This document shows positions 26,821 to 36,486 of a DNA stretch of 64,000 nucleotides, piece after piece. A program made the position numbers and the translations under genes. Origin of the DNA: an uncultured Chloroflexia bacterium. Lineage in GTDB: Bacteria > Chloroflexota > Limnocylindria > Limnocylindrales > CSP1-4. Under the pieces are notes generated by a model. The model saw only the letters and a program-made list of their open reading frames with translations, was not told where the DNA came from and did not search any database. Location of the stretch: the NCBI GenBank assembly GCA_963735865.1, contig CAVTML010000002.1, forward strand, positions 903,668 through 967,667. The letters run 5' to 3'. The number at the start of each line of letters is the position of its first letter. The first letter of the stretch is position 1.

Positions 26821-28710
26821 ATGCCGGCCGAGCCACCCTACCCGCTGCCCCCGGACCCCGAGGCGCCGCCGTACGAGTCACGGCCGCGAGCGTCACGTGG
26901 CGACGACATCCCGCTGCTCTCCAACGGGGCTCTGGCGCGGCTGTTCGTGGAGGCAGGCGACCTGATGGACCTCAAGGGCGAGCTGGTCTTCAAGGGCGTG
27001 GCCTACCGCCGTGCCGCCGAGGCCATCGAGCGCAGCCCGGTCGCCGTGGCACAGGCCTACCGGGCGGGCGATCCACCGCGCCTGCCGGGGGTCGGCGCGG
27101 CCATCACCGACAAGCTCGCCGAGCTGGCCGACACCGGCCGGCTGCGCTTCTACGAACGGCTGCGCCGAGACGTGCCGGCCGGCCTGCTCGACATCCTCGA
27201 CATGCCCGGCCTTGGGCCGCGAACCGTCCACCTGCTGCACACCGAACTCGGCATCGTCGACCTGGCCGGGCTGGAGGCGGCCGCCAAGGCGGGCCGCATC
27301 CGCTCCGTGCGCGGCCTCGGCCAGCGCACGGAGGAGCGCATCCTGGCCTCGCTGGCCGACCGCGCCGGGACGGCTGCCCGGCTGCGCCTGGGCCAGGCCG
27401 CCGAGGTCCTGGGCCACGTCTTCGGCGGGCTGGAGGACACGCCCGGCCTGCTCGGCCTCATCCCGGCCGGGTCGTTCCGGCGGCGGCGCGAGACGATCGG
27501 GGACCTGGACGTGCTGGCCGAGACCGATCGGCCCGACGAGCTCGTCAAGCGGTTCGTGGAGCTGCCCGAGGTGGAGAGCGTCATCGGCCGGGGCTCGCGC
27601 AAGGCCGCCGTGCGCCTGCGCCGAGGGCCGCAGGTGGATCTCATGCTCATGCCACCGGGTGAAGGTGGGGCGTACCTCGTCCACTTCACCGGCTCGGCGG
27701 CCCACAACGTCCGCCTGCGCGGGCGGGCCCGCGACCGCGGGTGGAGCCTCTCGGAGCAGGGGTTCGTCCGCCTCGGGGACGACGGCCAGCCTTTGTCGGG
27801 GGCCGCGGCCGAGCGACGGGCGTTCGAGACCGAGGCGGAGGTGTACGCCTTCCTGGACCTCGCCTGGATCCCACCCGAGCTGCGCGAGGACACCGGCGAG
27901 ATCGAGGCCGCCGAGGCGGGCAGACTGCCCCACCTCGTGGAGCTGGCCGACCTGCGGGGCGACTGCCACAGCCACTCCGACTGGTCGGACGGCCATGCGT
28001 CGCCGGAACGGATGGCGGAGGTCGCCCGCGGCCGGGGCCTGTCGTATCTCGTGCTGACGGACCACACCCAGAGCCTGGGCATCGCCCGCGGCCTGGATCC
28101 GGAGCGCGTCGAGCACCAGCGCACCGTGATCGCCGAGCTCAATGAGCGGTACCGCCACGAGGAGGAGGAGGGGAGTGCCCCGGCCGGCAGCCACCCCGGC
28201 GGCTTCCGCCTGCTGCACGGCTGCGAGCTGGAGATCCGTGCCGACGGGCGCCTGGACTACCCCGACCGCCTGCTGGCCAGCTTCGATGTCGTCGTGGCCA
28301 GCCTCCACGTCGGGCGCAAGCAGCCCACGGCACAGCTGATGGCGCGCTACACCGGCGCCCTCGCCAACCCCCACGTCGACATCATCAGCCACCCGTCGGG
28401 CCGCAAGCTGGGCGAGCGCGACGACCTGGACCTGGACTGGACCACCTTCTACGGCGAGGCCGCCCGCAGCGGTACCTGGCTGGAGATCAACGGCTCGGAC
28501 GAGCGCCTGGACCTGGCCCCCGAGCGGGCCCGCGCCGCACGGGCCGCCGGCTGCCGCTTCACGATCGACTCGGACGCCCACTACCTCCACGAGTTCGACA
28601 ACCTGGCCTGGGGCACGGCCATGGCCCGGCGCGCCTGGCTGGAGGCCGGCGACATCGTCAACACGCTGCCGCGCGATGCGTTCCTGGAGGCCGTGCGCGC
28701 TCGCGGTTAA
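26821..28710 (+). CDS. polX: DNA polymerase X family protein with C-terminal PHP phosphoesterase domain
   Basis: HhH LPGVGAAITDKL, nucleotidyltransferase GSFRRRRETIGDLDVL, PHP motif DCHSHSDWSDG. Confidence 0.88.
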   Translation: MPAEPPYPLPPDPEAPPYESRPRASRGDDIPLLSNGALARLFVEAGDLMDLKGELVFKGVAYRRAAEAIERSPVAVAQAYRAGDPPRLPGVGAAITDKLAELADTGRLRFYERLRRDVPAGLLDILDMPGLGPRTVHLLHTELGIVDLAGLEAAAKAGRIRSVRGLGQRTEERILASLADRAGTAARLRLGQAAEVLGHVFGGLEDTPGLLGLIPAGSFRRRRETIGDLDVLAETDRPDELVKRFVELPEVESVIGRGSRKAAVRLRRGPQVDLMLMPPGEGGAYLVHFTGSAAHNVRLRGRARDRGWSLSEQGFVRLGDDGQPLSGAAAERRAFETEAEVYAFLDLAWIPPELREDTGEIEAAEAGRLPHLVELADLRGDCHSHSDWSDGHASPERMAEVARGRGLSYLVLTDHTQSLGIARGLDPERVEHQRTVIAELNERYRHEEEEGSAPAGSHPGGFRLLHGCELEIRADGRLDYPDRLLASFDVVVASLHVGRKQPTAQLMARYTGALANPHVDIISHPSGRKLGERDDLDLDWTTFYGEAARSGTWLEINGSDERLDLAPERARAARAAGCRFTIDSDAHYLHEFDNLAWGTAMARRAWLEAGDIVNTLPRDAFLEAVRARG

Positions 28711-28746
28711 GCGGCGGGGGTCGGCGCCAGACACCGCAGGCTGGCG

Positions 28747-30891
28747 TCAAGGGGTCAGCGCGGACCAAGTCAGGCCACCGTCGGTCGTTCCTTCGAGAGC
28801 GGCGGCCGGGCACGGGCCGAGAGCCGTACACAGCACCGCGCCGACGCCGGCCCAGCCGACGCCGCTATTGGTCGGGAAATCGAGCCAGCGGGCCGGGCCG
28901 GCCAGACCTGGGGCCGGCAGCGGCGACCAGTGGATGCCGCCGTCGGTGGTCCCCTCGAGGGTTGGGGTCTGTGGTGAGGCGACGAACCAGTGGTCTTGCG
29001 AGAGGATGGCCACCGGGCCGGACCCACCGATGGAGCCGGCCGGGGTCCACGTCTGACCGGCGTCGTGTGTGGCGTAGAAGGCCGTCACCCCACCAGCGCC
29101 TGCGTAGACGCGCCACGTGACCGCGTCGGCGGCCCCGAACAGCCGCGTCTGGACATCGACCCCACCGCCGGACACGGGCGCGGCGGCCGCGATGCCGCTC
29201 GGCCGCGGTAGGCTCACCGGCTGCCACGTCTGTCCGCCGTCGGCCGTGCGGTAAAGAGTCGGTAGGCTCGCCAGCGAGGTCGCTGGGCTCGACACGGGGT
29301 ACGCGAACTCACTCGGGACATCGTCAGCGATGCCGTGCAGCGCATCGAACATGTGGATCGACTGCACGGTCAGCCCGCCGGACGCGGGCAGGGCGATGGC
29401 GTGGCGCGTCCAGGTCGCGCCGCCGTCGGTCGTGGCCAAGATGAATGCCCCATTCCCCGACAGCGGCAGCGCCACGAACGTGCCGTGGTCGGCGTCGTTG
29501 AACCACGGGTTACCGATTGCGAAGTACGGGCCGCCCGGCACGGCCACGGTCGACCAGCTGCGCCCGCCATCGAGCGTGCGGTGCAGACCCGTGGTCTGGT
29601 TGAAGACCCAGCCGTCGAGGGGGTCGGTGAACCCAGGATCATCGCCGCTCGGCCAGGCGGCCGACTGCCAGGTGAGCCCGCCGTCTTCCGTCACCCGGAA
29701 CCCGGCCTCCGTGCGCACCCAGCCGAACGACGATGTCACCAGCTGCTCGGCGGCGATCTCACCGCCCGGCACCACGCTTGATGAGGGCACGGGCGTCGCC
29801 GTCAGGTCGATGACGACGGTCGAGGTGGTCGTCGGGCCGGTGGCCACCAGCGCCCAGCAGCCGGCCCGTGGAAGGGTCAGCGTCGTGACCTGGCCATTGG
29901 CGGTGGCCGACGGCAGACCGACCTGCGGCGCGTCGGGCAGGAACGTGGCCGCCTGACTCGAGCCCGATGCCGGCGTTTCGAGGGGCACCGCGACGACATG
30001 TGGCACGGAACCGCCGATCGGACCATCGACGGTGATCTGCGTCGGCTGACCGCGCTGCCACGAGCCCGGGTCAAGGTTCCACACGGTCGAACCATCGAGC
30101 CAGTACGGCCCGGTCCCCGGCGGGTGCCTCGGCGTCAGACTCTGCGGGCAGACAGTTGTCGGGGTCGCGGCGCTCGCTGCCGCGGGCACGTTCTGGCTGG
30201 ATGGGTCCGGGGGCGTCGCCGGAGGCACCGCGGCCTCGACGACGATCGAGCTGCGCAGGTTCGGGCCGACCGCCGTGAGCAGCCAGCATCCCGCAGTGGG
30301 CAGCCCGATCGCGAAGATGAAGCCCGGGCCATCGCCCTCCGGGTAGACGACGTGGGTCGGCAACGACGCGACACGGGTCGCGTTTAGGGCCGAGGAGAGG
30401 CTGACGGCGTCGATCTCGGTCGCGTTGACGGCGCCACCCAGCTCCGTCCACAGCCCAACCTTCTGCCCCACGCCGGCCTGCCAGGTGAGCCCGCCGTAGC
30501 GCCAGCGCACCCCACTCACGAGCGTCTCCGGGTCCGTGCCACCGACGAGATCCGTGATCGGCGTGACCGGGCAGGTCCCCGCGACGTACGGCGGAGGGGT
30601 CACCAGGCGATCCGTGGGTGTGGGCAGCCCCGTCGGCGTTCCCGAGCCTGGGCTGATCGCGCCCTTGCCGCCGAAAGGACCGAGCGCCAGCCCGATCAGC
30701 GCCGCGACGATGGCGGCGACCCCTGCGAGCCAGCCGAGGCGCCCCACATGCAGCGGTGACGCCCGCCGTACGGCATGCAGCTGGGCGACCCCGGGCAGGG
30801 CGGACAGCGCGTCTCGGGCCGCCGCGTTCGCATCCAGGCGGGTGGCCCGCGCCTCGAGCATGGCCCGCAGCTCGTCGTCGCTGAAGCTCAT
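28747..30891 (-). CDS. membrane-anchored anti-sigma factor with extracytoplasmic BNR/Ycf48-like beta-propeller
   Basis: Overlaps the sigma gene by 4 nt. One TM (LGWLAGVAAIVAALIGLALG). Two repeats ending LP(T/R)AGCW. Seven D(G/A)GxxW blades. Confidence 0.7.
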   Translation of the reverse strand: MSFSDDELRAMLEARATRLDANAAARDALSALPGVAQLHAVRRASPLHVGRLGWLAGVAAIVAALIGLALGPFGGKGAISPGSGTPTGLPTPTDRLVTPPPYVAGTCPVTPITDLVGGTDPETLVSGVRWRYGGLTWQAGVGQKVGLWTELGGAVNATEIDAVSLSSALNATRVASLPTHVVYPEGDGPGFIFAIGLPTAGCWLLTAVGPNLRSSIVVEAAVPPATPPDPSSQNVPAAASAATPTTVCPQSLTPRHPPGTGPYWLDGSTVWNLDPGSWQRGQPTQITVDGPIGGSVPHVVAVPLETPASGSSQAATFLPDAPQVGLPSATANGQVTTLTLPRAGCWALVATGPTTTSTVVIDLTATPVPSSSVVPGGEIAAEQLVTSSFGWVRTEAGFRVTEDGGLTWQSAAWPSGDDPGFTDPLDGWVFNQTTGLHRTLDGGRSWSTVAVPGGPYFAIGNPWFNDADHGTFVALPLSGNGAFILATTDGGATWTRHAIALPASGGLTVQSIHMFDALHGIADDVPSEFAYPVSSPATSLASLPTLYRTADGGQTWQPVSLPRPSGIAAAAPVSGGGVDVQTRLFGAADAVTWRVYAGAGGVTAFYATHDAGQTWTPAGSIGGSGPVAILSQDHWFVASPQTPTLEGTTDGGIHWSPLPAPGLAGPARWLDFPTNSGVGWAGVGAVLCTALGPCPAAALEGTTDGGLTWSALTP

Positions 30892-31421
30892 GCCTCGGCC
30901 TCGAGCTCACGCTCCAGCGCCCGACGGGCCGCGTGGAGGCGCGACTTGACCGTGCCGGTAGGGACGCCGAGGCGCTCCGCCATCTCGGTCAGGGGAAGTC
31001 CGGCGAGATGGTGCAGGACGAGCAACGTTCGCGCCTCGGGATCGAGTCGCTCGAAGGCCGCCTCGAGAGCCCGCCGCTCCAGCGCGGTGGTTTCCGGGTC
31101 GCCGCTGACGCCAGAACTCGACAGGGGAGCCATCCCGAGCGCGACCTCATGATGTTCGTGCCGCCGTCGCCGACGCAGGGTCAGACGGCAGCGGTTGACG
31201 AGGATGCGCCCCGACCAGGCGGCGAACCGATCCGGGTCGCGTAGCGCGGGCAGCTCGCGCCACATCGCAGTCAGCGCTTCCTGCAATGCCTCCCGTGCTT
31301 CGCTCTCGTCACCGATGATCGCCATCGCCACTCGCGCCATCGCCTGGACCTCTGGCCGGATGAGCGCCTCGAAGGCGCCGAGGTCACCGTCGCGAGCGCG
31401 CTCCACGAGGCTGGGCTCCAC
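30888..31421 (-). CDS. ECF-type RNA polymerase sigma factor
   Basis: 177 aa. Region 2 (FEALIRPEVQAMARVA...) and region 4 (LLVLHHLAGLPLTEMAERLGVPTGTVKSRLH). GGGAGGAG box upstream. Confidence 0.85.
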   Translation of the reverse strand: MEPSLVERARDGDLGAFEALIRPEVQAMARVAMAIIGDESEAREALQEALTAMWRELPALRDPDRFAAWSGRILVNRCRLTLRRRRRHEHHEVALGMAPLSSSGVSGDPETTALERRALEAAFERLDPEARTLLVLHHLAGLPLTEMAERLGVPTGTVKSRLHAARRALERELEAEA

Positions 31422-31513
31422 CTGCTCCTCCCGAAACGGGGACCCTACTTCAATCGAGTAGCGAGGGGTGCCTCAGGTTCAGCACATGGCCGCCCGGAAG
31501 TGGTGCCCGCAGG

Positions 31514-32029
31514 TCAAACACCGAGGAGGAAGTCGGCGGCCATCTCGAGCGCTTCCTCGAGGTGGCCGCGGAGGCCGTGGACGGCGCCCGGGAAGACCAT
31601 CAGGCGCCCGTGCGGCAGCGTCGCGGCCGCCGCGCGCAGCAGGTCGATCCGGGCGAACGGGTCGCGGTCGCCGGAGAGCAGCAGGACCGGGCAGCTGATG
31701 TCGGGCCAGTGCGCGACCCGTGAGCCCAGTTCGGGCTGGCCGGGGCGGTGGACGGGGTAGCTGAAGCAGACCAGCGCCGGCACCTGCGTCCGGGCGGCCG
31801 CCAGGCTCGCCATGCGGCCGCCGAACGAGTGGCCGCCCAGCGCGAGGCCCGGGTCCGCCGCGGCCGCGGCGAGGAAGATCTGGACCGCCGCCTCGGGGCG
31901 CCCGCGCGGCAGGTCCACGGCACGGGCGTCCAGCCCGCGGCGGGTCAGGGCGTCCACGTACGGCTGCATCGACAGCGCGGTGCCGGACGCGCCATGGCCG
32001 AGCACGATGCGTCTTGCCAGGGATGCCAT
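31514..32029 (-). CDS. small alpha/beta-fold hydrolase (dienelactone hydrolase / KANL3-like)
   Basis: 172 aa from ATG 32029. Nucleophile-elbow-like GGHSFGG and a C-terminal GAVHGL. Confidence 0.7.
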   Translation of the reverse strand: MASLARRIVLGHGASGTALSMQPYVDALTRRGLDARAVDLPRGRPEAAVQIFLAAAAADPGLALGGHSFGGRMASLAAARTQVPALVCFSYPVHRPGQPELGSRVAHWPDISCPVLLLSGDRDPFARIDLLRAAAATLPHGRLMVFPGAVHGLRGHLEEALEMAADFLLGV

Positions 32030-32035
32030 CCGGCC

Positions 32036-32041
32036 ATCGTA
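32036..32041 (-). promoter_or_regulatory. -10-like hexamer TACGAT, 6 nt before the hydrolase ATG
   Basis: Minus strand reads TACGAT-ggccgg-ATG. Confidence 0.4.
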
Positions 32042-32051
32042 GCCCCGCCGT

Positions 32052-32310
32052 GAACGCCAGAGGTTCGTAACGACGAACAAGCGGTCAGGCAGGCCTCCGG
32101 ATCGGCCGTTCCTCGGTCGTGGTGAACCTCGGAGGTTCAGGAACGCTGCGGAGAGGCCTCGAATCGGCCCTTCCTTCGTCGTTGTGCACCTATGAGGTTC
32201 ATCCGGCCCGGATCAGCTGTGCGGGGGCCGAACGCTGCGGAGAGGCCTCGAATCGGCCCTTCCTTCGTCGTTGCGCACCTCAGAGGTTCATCCGGCCCGG
32301 GATCGGCCAG
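32052..32310. repeat. intergenic tandem repeat array (two ~75-nt near-identical units 89 bp apart, plus degenerate copies) carrying four GAACCTC-N-GAGGTTC-type palindromes
   Basis: AACGCTGCGGAGAGGCCTCGAATCGGCCCTTCCTTCGTCGTTG... starts at 32142 and 32231. Palindromes at 32052, 32124 (perfect), 32186 and 32275. Confidence 0.75.
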
Positions 32311-32361
32311 GTGCGGGTCGTCCCCGGCCACCGCCGTCCCCGGCGCGCCCGCCCGGGACCG

Positions 32362-32367
32362 TAGACT
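32362..32367 (+). promoter_or_regulatory. -10-like hexamer TAGACT, 6 nt before ATG 32374
   Basis: TAGACT-cgcgcc-ATG. Confidence 0.4.
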
Positions 32368-32373
32368 CGCGCC

Positions 32374-33183
32374 ATGCATGACCGTCGGGCCCGCATCCTG
32401 AACCTGACCGCCCTCGTGGTGGCGCTCAGCGTGCCGGTGGGCCTGCTGGACGGGCCCGCCTGGTGGCTCGGCGTGGCGGCCCTGATGGCAGCGACGGCGG
32501 TCGCCACACGCGCATCGACGGATCGATCGTGGCACGGCCTGCCGCTCGCCCCGGCGGCGCTGCCCATGCTGGCCGCGTTCAGCGCGGCCGGGCTGACCCA
32601 CCTCGCCGGCGATGGTGCCCTGTGGCTGCTCGCCGTCGCCTGCGGCGGAGCGCTGGTGGCGATGACGCTCCTCGCCGAGGCGCGCCTGGCCGGCCCCGCC
32701 GACGACCGGCGAGCGCGCCTGGAGCGCCAGGTCGTGCCCCTCGCCATCGTCGTCGCGTTCGGCGCGTTCCTGGCCGCGGCCGGCGCCATCACCGGTGGGC
32801 TTGCAAACACCGCCGGCCAGTCGACCGACGCCGCCCTTGGCGCCCTGACTGCCTCGGGCGTCCTCCTGCTGGCGCTGGCCGATGCGGCCGTGGCGGCCAC
32901 CCTCGGCTACCGGCTCGCCGCCCTGCGCACGACCAACCTCGCCGAAGCGTTGCGCATCGCCGGCACGTATGCCGTGGTGACCGGGCTCGCGGCGGCGCTG
33001 CTGCGCGTCCTGGAGCTGCCGCGGCTGTTCGGACCGGCCGTGCTGGCCGGCGTCTTCTACCTCTGGAGCGCCTACCGCGACGCCTCGGCGGCCCAGCGGC
33101 GGACGTCCGCGTGGCTGCTGGAATACGGGTTGCTGGTGGCCGCGCTGGTACTTGTGGTGGGGTGGAACCTGCTACTCCATTGA
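32374..33183 (+). CDS. polytopic membrane protein, unknown function
   Basis: 269 aa, Ala/Leu-rich with roughly 7-8 hydrophobic segments. No recognisable motif. Confidence 0.65.
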   Translation: MHDRRARILNLTALVVALSVPVGLLDGPAWWLGVAALMAATAVATRASTDRSWHGLPLAPAALPMLAAFSAAGLTHLAGDGALWLLAVACGGALVAMTLLAEARLAGPADDRRARLERQVVPLAIVVAFGAFLAAAGAITGGLANTAGQSTDAALGALTASGVLLLALADAAVAATLGYRLAALRTTNLAEALRIAGTYAVVTGLAAALLRVLELPRLFGPAVLAGVFYLWSAYRDASAAQRRTSAWLLEYGLLVAALVLVVGWNLLLH

Positions 33184-33258
33184 CCCGCTCCCAGGGGTCG
33201 CCAAGCCGGGTCTGGTGCGGCCGCGGGACCATCGGGCTATTCGTCCGGGGTCCCCAAC

Positions 33259-35481
33259 GTGCGACAACTGGGGGGCGCACGGAAGCACCGGCGCTCCTCA
33301 CGGCTGGCCGCCGTCCGACAGGTGTGCACCGCGATCGTCTCGACCACCCGCGTCGCGTCAACAGCACCCCCCGGTGGGCCGTCCCTGCGCGCCCTCGGCA
33401 CAGGTCTCGCCCTGGCCATGCTCACCGCCGCCCTGGTGACCCTGGTGGTGGCGATCGGCATCCTGCCGGCCCTTGGCTCGAATGGCTCGCGGGGCGGCGC
33501 CGGTAGTCAGAGCGCCTCCGGCGGGAGCACCGTCGCCGGTGGCCTTGACCAGGCCCGCACGTCAGCCCTCGGCATGGCGGGCGACCCCAGCGCCGCCCAG
33601 GTGATCGCGGCGAAGCCGGGCGCGGCTCCGTCCAAGGGTGCCGTCACCGCCCTGCAGCATGCGTTCACGGCGGCGGGTCCGGCCGCCGTCCGCATCGTCC
33701 TCAGCGACGCCACCGGCCGGCCACACCTCGTGTGGACTGGCGCCGGCGTGGGCGCCGTGCCAGCCGGCCAGCCGGCCCAGCCGCTGCCCGCCGTCGGGAC
33801 GACCACGGTGTCGGCCCCGTTCGTGGCCCCCGATGGCGACCACCAGCTCACGGTCGCGACCGGCGTCAGCGGCACGGTCGCCGGCCACGTGGTCAGCGGC
33901 GCCGTCCTCCTGACGATCTCCCTGGACGCGCTCAGCGCGGCCGCTCCGCCGCCGGCGCCTTCGATCGCGCCACCGAGCGGTCTCCCGGCCGCGCCGTTCT
34001 GGGCCGTGGTCCTGGTGGTGCTCCTCCTGGCCGGGGCTTGGGCCGTGCGCCGCGTCCTGCGGCCGGCGCGCGAGATGGTCGAGTCACGCGCCGACCTCGA
34101 GCAGCGCTACCAGGAGGCGGTGGCCAACGCCTACCTTGACGGCCTCACGGGCCTGGGCAACCAGCGCGCCTTCTCTGAAGCGTTCGAGCACGGCCTGCAG
34201 GCGGCGGTCCGCGACCACCTGCCGCTGGCCCTCCTGCTCATCGACCTCGACGACTTCAAGCGGGTCAACGACACGGACGGCCACAGCGCCGGCGACGCGC
34301 TCCTGCGGCGCTTCGCGCGCATCGTGGAGGGCACCGTCCGGCGCACCGACCGCGCCTACCGGCTGGGCGGCGACGAGTTCGGCGTGCTGATGCCGGCGAC
34401 CGACGCCGAGGGCGCGTCTGTGGTGGCCCGCCGCCTCCTGGCCGCGGCCCTTGAGCCGCCGCGCGAACGCGAGTTCGGCAAGGGCACGGCTCCCAAGGGC
34501 GTCTCGTTCTCGGCCGGCATCACGGCCGCCCCGCACTTCGGGACCGCCCAGGTGGAGTTGTACCGCCAGGCCGACGCGGCCCTCTACTGGTCCAAGCGGC
34601 ACGGCCGGACGGACGTCACGATCTTCGATGCGGGGCGGCACGACCTGGGGGCGCCGCTGGCCTCGGTCGACGACGCGACTGCGGTCCAGACGGTCCTGGA
34701 TGAGCGCCTCCTGCGGGCCGTCTTCCAGCCCATCGTGGCCCTGGCGACCGGCCGCATCATCGGCTACGAGGGCCTCATCCGGCCCACGCGGAGCGCCTTC
34801 CCCGATCCGGGAGCCATGTTCACGGCGGCCGAGGCGTGCGGCCGCACGCTCGAGCTCGACCGGGCCTGCCTGGAGACGGTGGCCGCCGCCGCGGCGGCGA
34901 TCCCAGCCGACAAGTGGGTCAGCCTGAACCTCTCACCGCGCACCCTCGAGGCTCCCGAGTTCAACGCCCTGGCCCTGTGCCGCCAGCTGGCCCGCCTGGG
35001 CCTGCCGTCGCAGCGCATCGTGCTCGAGCTGACCGAGCGCGAGGCCATCGAGGACCTCGAGCGTCTCCGCCACAACCTGGAGGGGCTGCGCGCCCTCGGC
35101 GTACGGGTGGCGGCCGACGACGTCGGCGCGGGCAACGCCGGCCTGCGCCTGCTCAGCCTCGTCGCTTTTGACGTCGTCAAGGTGGACCTTTCGCTGGTCC
35201 AGGATGCCGCCACGCGCCAGACCTCGGCCCATGTGCTGGAGACGCTGCAGGAGATCTCCGCGCGACGCGGCGCGATGGTCATCGCCGAAGGCCTGGAGAC
35301 GGCCCAGCAGCTGCAGGTCGTGCGCGCCGCCGGCATCGAGGCCGCCCAGGGGTACCTGCTGGGGCGCCCCGCGGAGGCGGTCGACCACGACACCATCGAC
35401 CTTGACGCCCTGGCCATCGGCGACCACGTGCGGCGGCTCTATGCCGGGTCGGCCCAGGGACCGGCACCCGACCGCCGCTGA
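33259..35481 (+). CDS. membrane-anchored GGDEF-EAL c-di-GMP protein
   Basis: Two TM segments flank a periplasmic region. RLGGDEFGV; EAL-domain motifs YEGLIRP, DDVGAGNAG, AEGLET, QGYLLGRP. Start uncertain (33259 to about 33418). Confidence 0.85.
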   Translation: MRQLGGARKHRRSSRLAAVRQVCTAIVSTTRVASTAPPGGPSLRALGTGLALAMLTAALVTLVVAIGILPALGSNGSRGGAGSQSASGGSTVAGGLDQARTSALGMAGDPSAAQVIAAKPGAAPSKGAVTALQHAFTAAGPAAVRIVLSDATGRPHLVWTGAGVGAVPAGQPAQPLPAVGTTTVSAPFVAPDGDHQLTVATGVSGTVAGHVVSGAVLLTISLDALSAAAPPPAPSIAPPSGLPAAPFWAVVLVVLLLAGAWAVRRVLRPAREMVESRADLEQRYQEAVANAYLDGLTGLGNQRAFSEAFEHGLQAAVRDHLPLALLLIDLDDFKRVNDTDGHSAGDALLRRFARIVEGTVRRTDRAYRLGGDEFGVLMPATDAEGASVVARRLLAAALEPPREREFGKGTAPKGVSFSAGITAAPHFGTAQVELYRQADAALYWSKRHGRTDVTIFDAGRHDLGAPLASVDDATAVQTVLDERLLRAVFQPIVALATGRIIGYEGLIRPTRSAFPDPGAMFTAAEACGRTLELDRACLETVAAAAAAIPADKWVSLNLSPRTLEAPEFNALALCRQLARLGLPSQRIVLELTEREAIEDLERLRHNLEGLRALGVRVAADDVGAGNAGLRLLSLVAFDVVKVDLSLVQDAATRQTSAHVLETLQEISARRGAMVIAEGLETAQQLQVVRAAGIEAAQGYLLGRPAEAVDHDTIDLDALAIGDHVRRLYAGSAQGPAPDRR

Positions 35482-35599
35482 CCGCTCGCCCGGCGTGGGC
35501 CGTTGCCGACTCGGGCCAGGTGTGGTACAACCGAGGGCCATCCCCGTGCCCTGTCCCGCCGCGTCCTGCCGCGCCCGACCCAGCTGATCGAAGGAGCCC

Positions 35600-36448
35600 A
35601 TGAGCCTTACGCCTGCCGCCGAATCCGCCCCGAACCCGGTGCGCCTCAAGCGCCAGCTGGTCGACCAGGCCATCGACGCCGCGCGCAAGGCCGACTGGGC
35701 GGGTGCCGCGGAGATCAACCGGCGCATCCTGGAGCTCGGCCCCGACAGCCCCTCGGAGAACCGCCTGGCGAAGTCGCTGTGGGAGCTTGGTGAGCTGGCC
35801 GAGGCCCGTGTCCATTACCAGGCGGCCCTGGCGCTCGATCCCACCAACCGCATCGCCGAACGCAACATCGACCGCCTGCGGGTCCTCCTCAACGAGGCCG
35901 GCGATCGCACCACGCCGGCCAAGCTGGGCAGCAAGGCGCCGGTCTCGATCTTCGTCGAGGAGACCGGCAAGACGGGTTTCGCCGGCCTCTATGACCTGGC
36001 CCGGCCCAAGCAGCTGGCCCAGGTCAACCCTGGTGACGCGGTCGAGCTCGTGCCCCGCGCGGCGGAGCTGCGGGCGACGTCCAACGGCGTCGAGATCGGC
36101 GCCGTGGAGCGCTCGGTCGCAGCGCGCCTGCTCAAGCTGATGGCCGACGGCAACCAGTACGCGGCCGGCGTGACGAGCCTTGGCGACCGCGACGTGCGCA
36201 TCATCATCCGCGAGATCTACCAGGACCCGCGCAACTACGGCAAGGTCTCGTTCCCCACCGCGGCCAAGGCCTCGGACCTGCGGCCGTACACCAAGGGCAC
36301 CCTCATCCGCGAGGAGATGGACTTCGAGGAGGACCTCGACCTCGACGATGAGGACGAGGAGATCGATGACATCGAGCGCGTCCTGCCGGTCGAGGTGACC
36401 GAGGAGGAGGCCTTCATCGAGGAGCCCGAGGATCTCGAGGAGGAGTAG
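35600..36448 (+). CDS. TPR-like / HIRAN-like protein with polyacidic C-terminal tail
   Basis: GAAGGAG box upstream. N-terminal TPR-like helices. The central segment NPGDAVELVP...GVEIGAVERSVAARLLKLMADGNQY resembles a HIRAN fold. Last ~50 aa are almost all D/E. Confidence 0.7.
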   Translation: MSLTPAAESAPNPVRLKRQLVDQAIDAARKADWAGAAEINRRILELGPDSPSENRLAKSLWELGELAEARVHYQAALALDPTNRIAERNIDRLRVLLNEAGDRTTPAKLGSKAPVSIFVEETGKTGFAGLYDLARPKQLAQVNPGDAVELVPRAAELRATSNGVEIGAVERSVAARLLKLMADGNQYAAGVTSLGDRDVRIIIREIYQDPRNYGKVSFPTAAKASDLRPYTKGTLIREEMDFEEDLDLDDEDEEIDDIERVLPVEVTEEEAFIEEPEDLEEE

Positions 36449-36473
36449 TCGCCGCCGCGCCACCCGGCGCGGC

Positions 36474-36479
36474 TAGACT
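36474..36479 (+). promoter_or_regulatory. -10-like hexamer TAGACT, 7 nt before ATG 36487
   Basis: TAGACT-gccgtcg-ATG, inside the 38-bp gap after the upstream gene. Confidence 0.35.
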
Positions 36480-36486
36480 GCCGTCG

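Noticed and set aside
32119-32364. 81-aa ORF spanning the 32-kb tandem repeats.
   Set aside because: The repeat period is 89 bp, not a multiple of 3, so the identical DNA units are read in different frames. There is no start context, so it is treated as non-coding.
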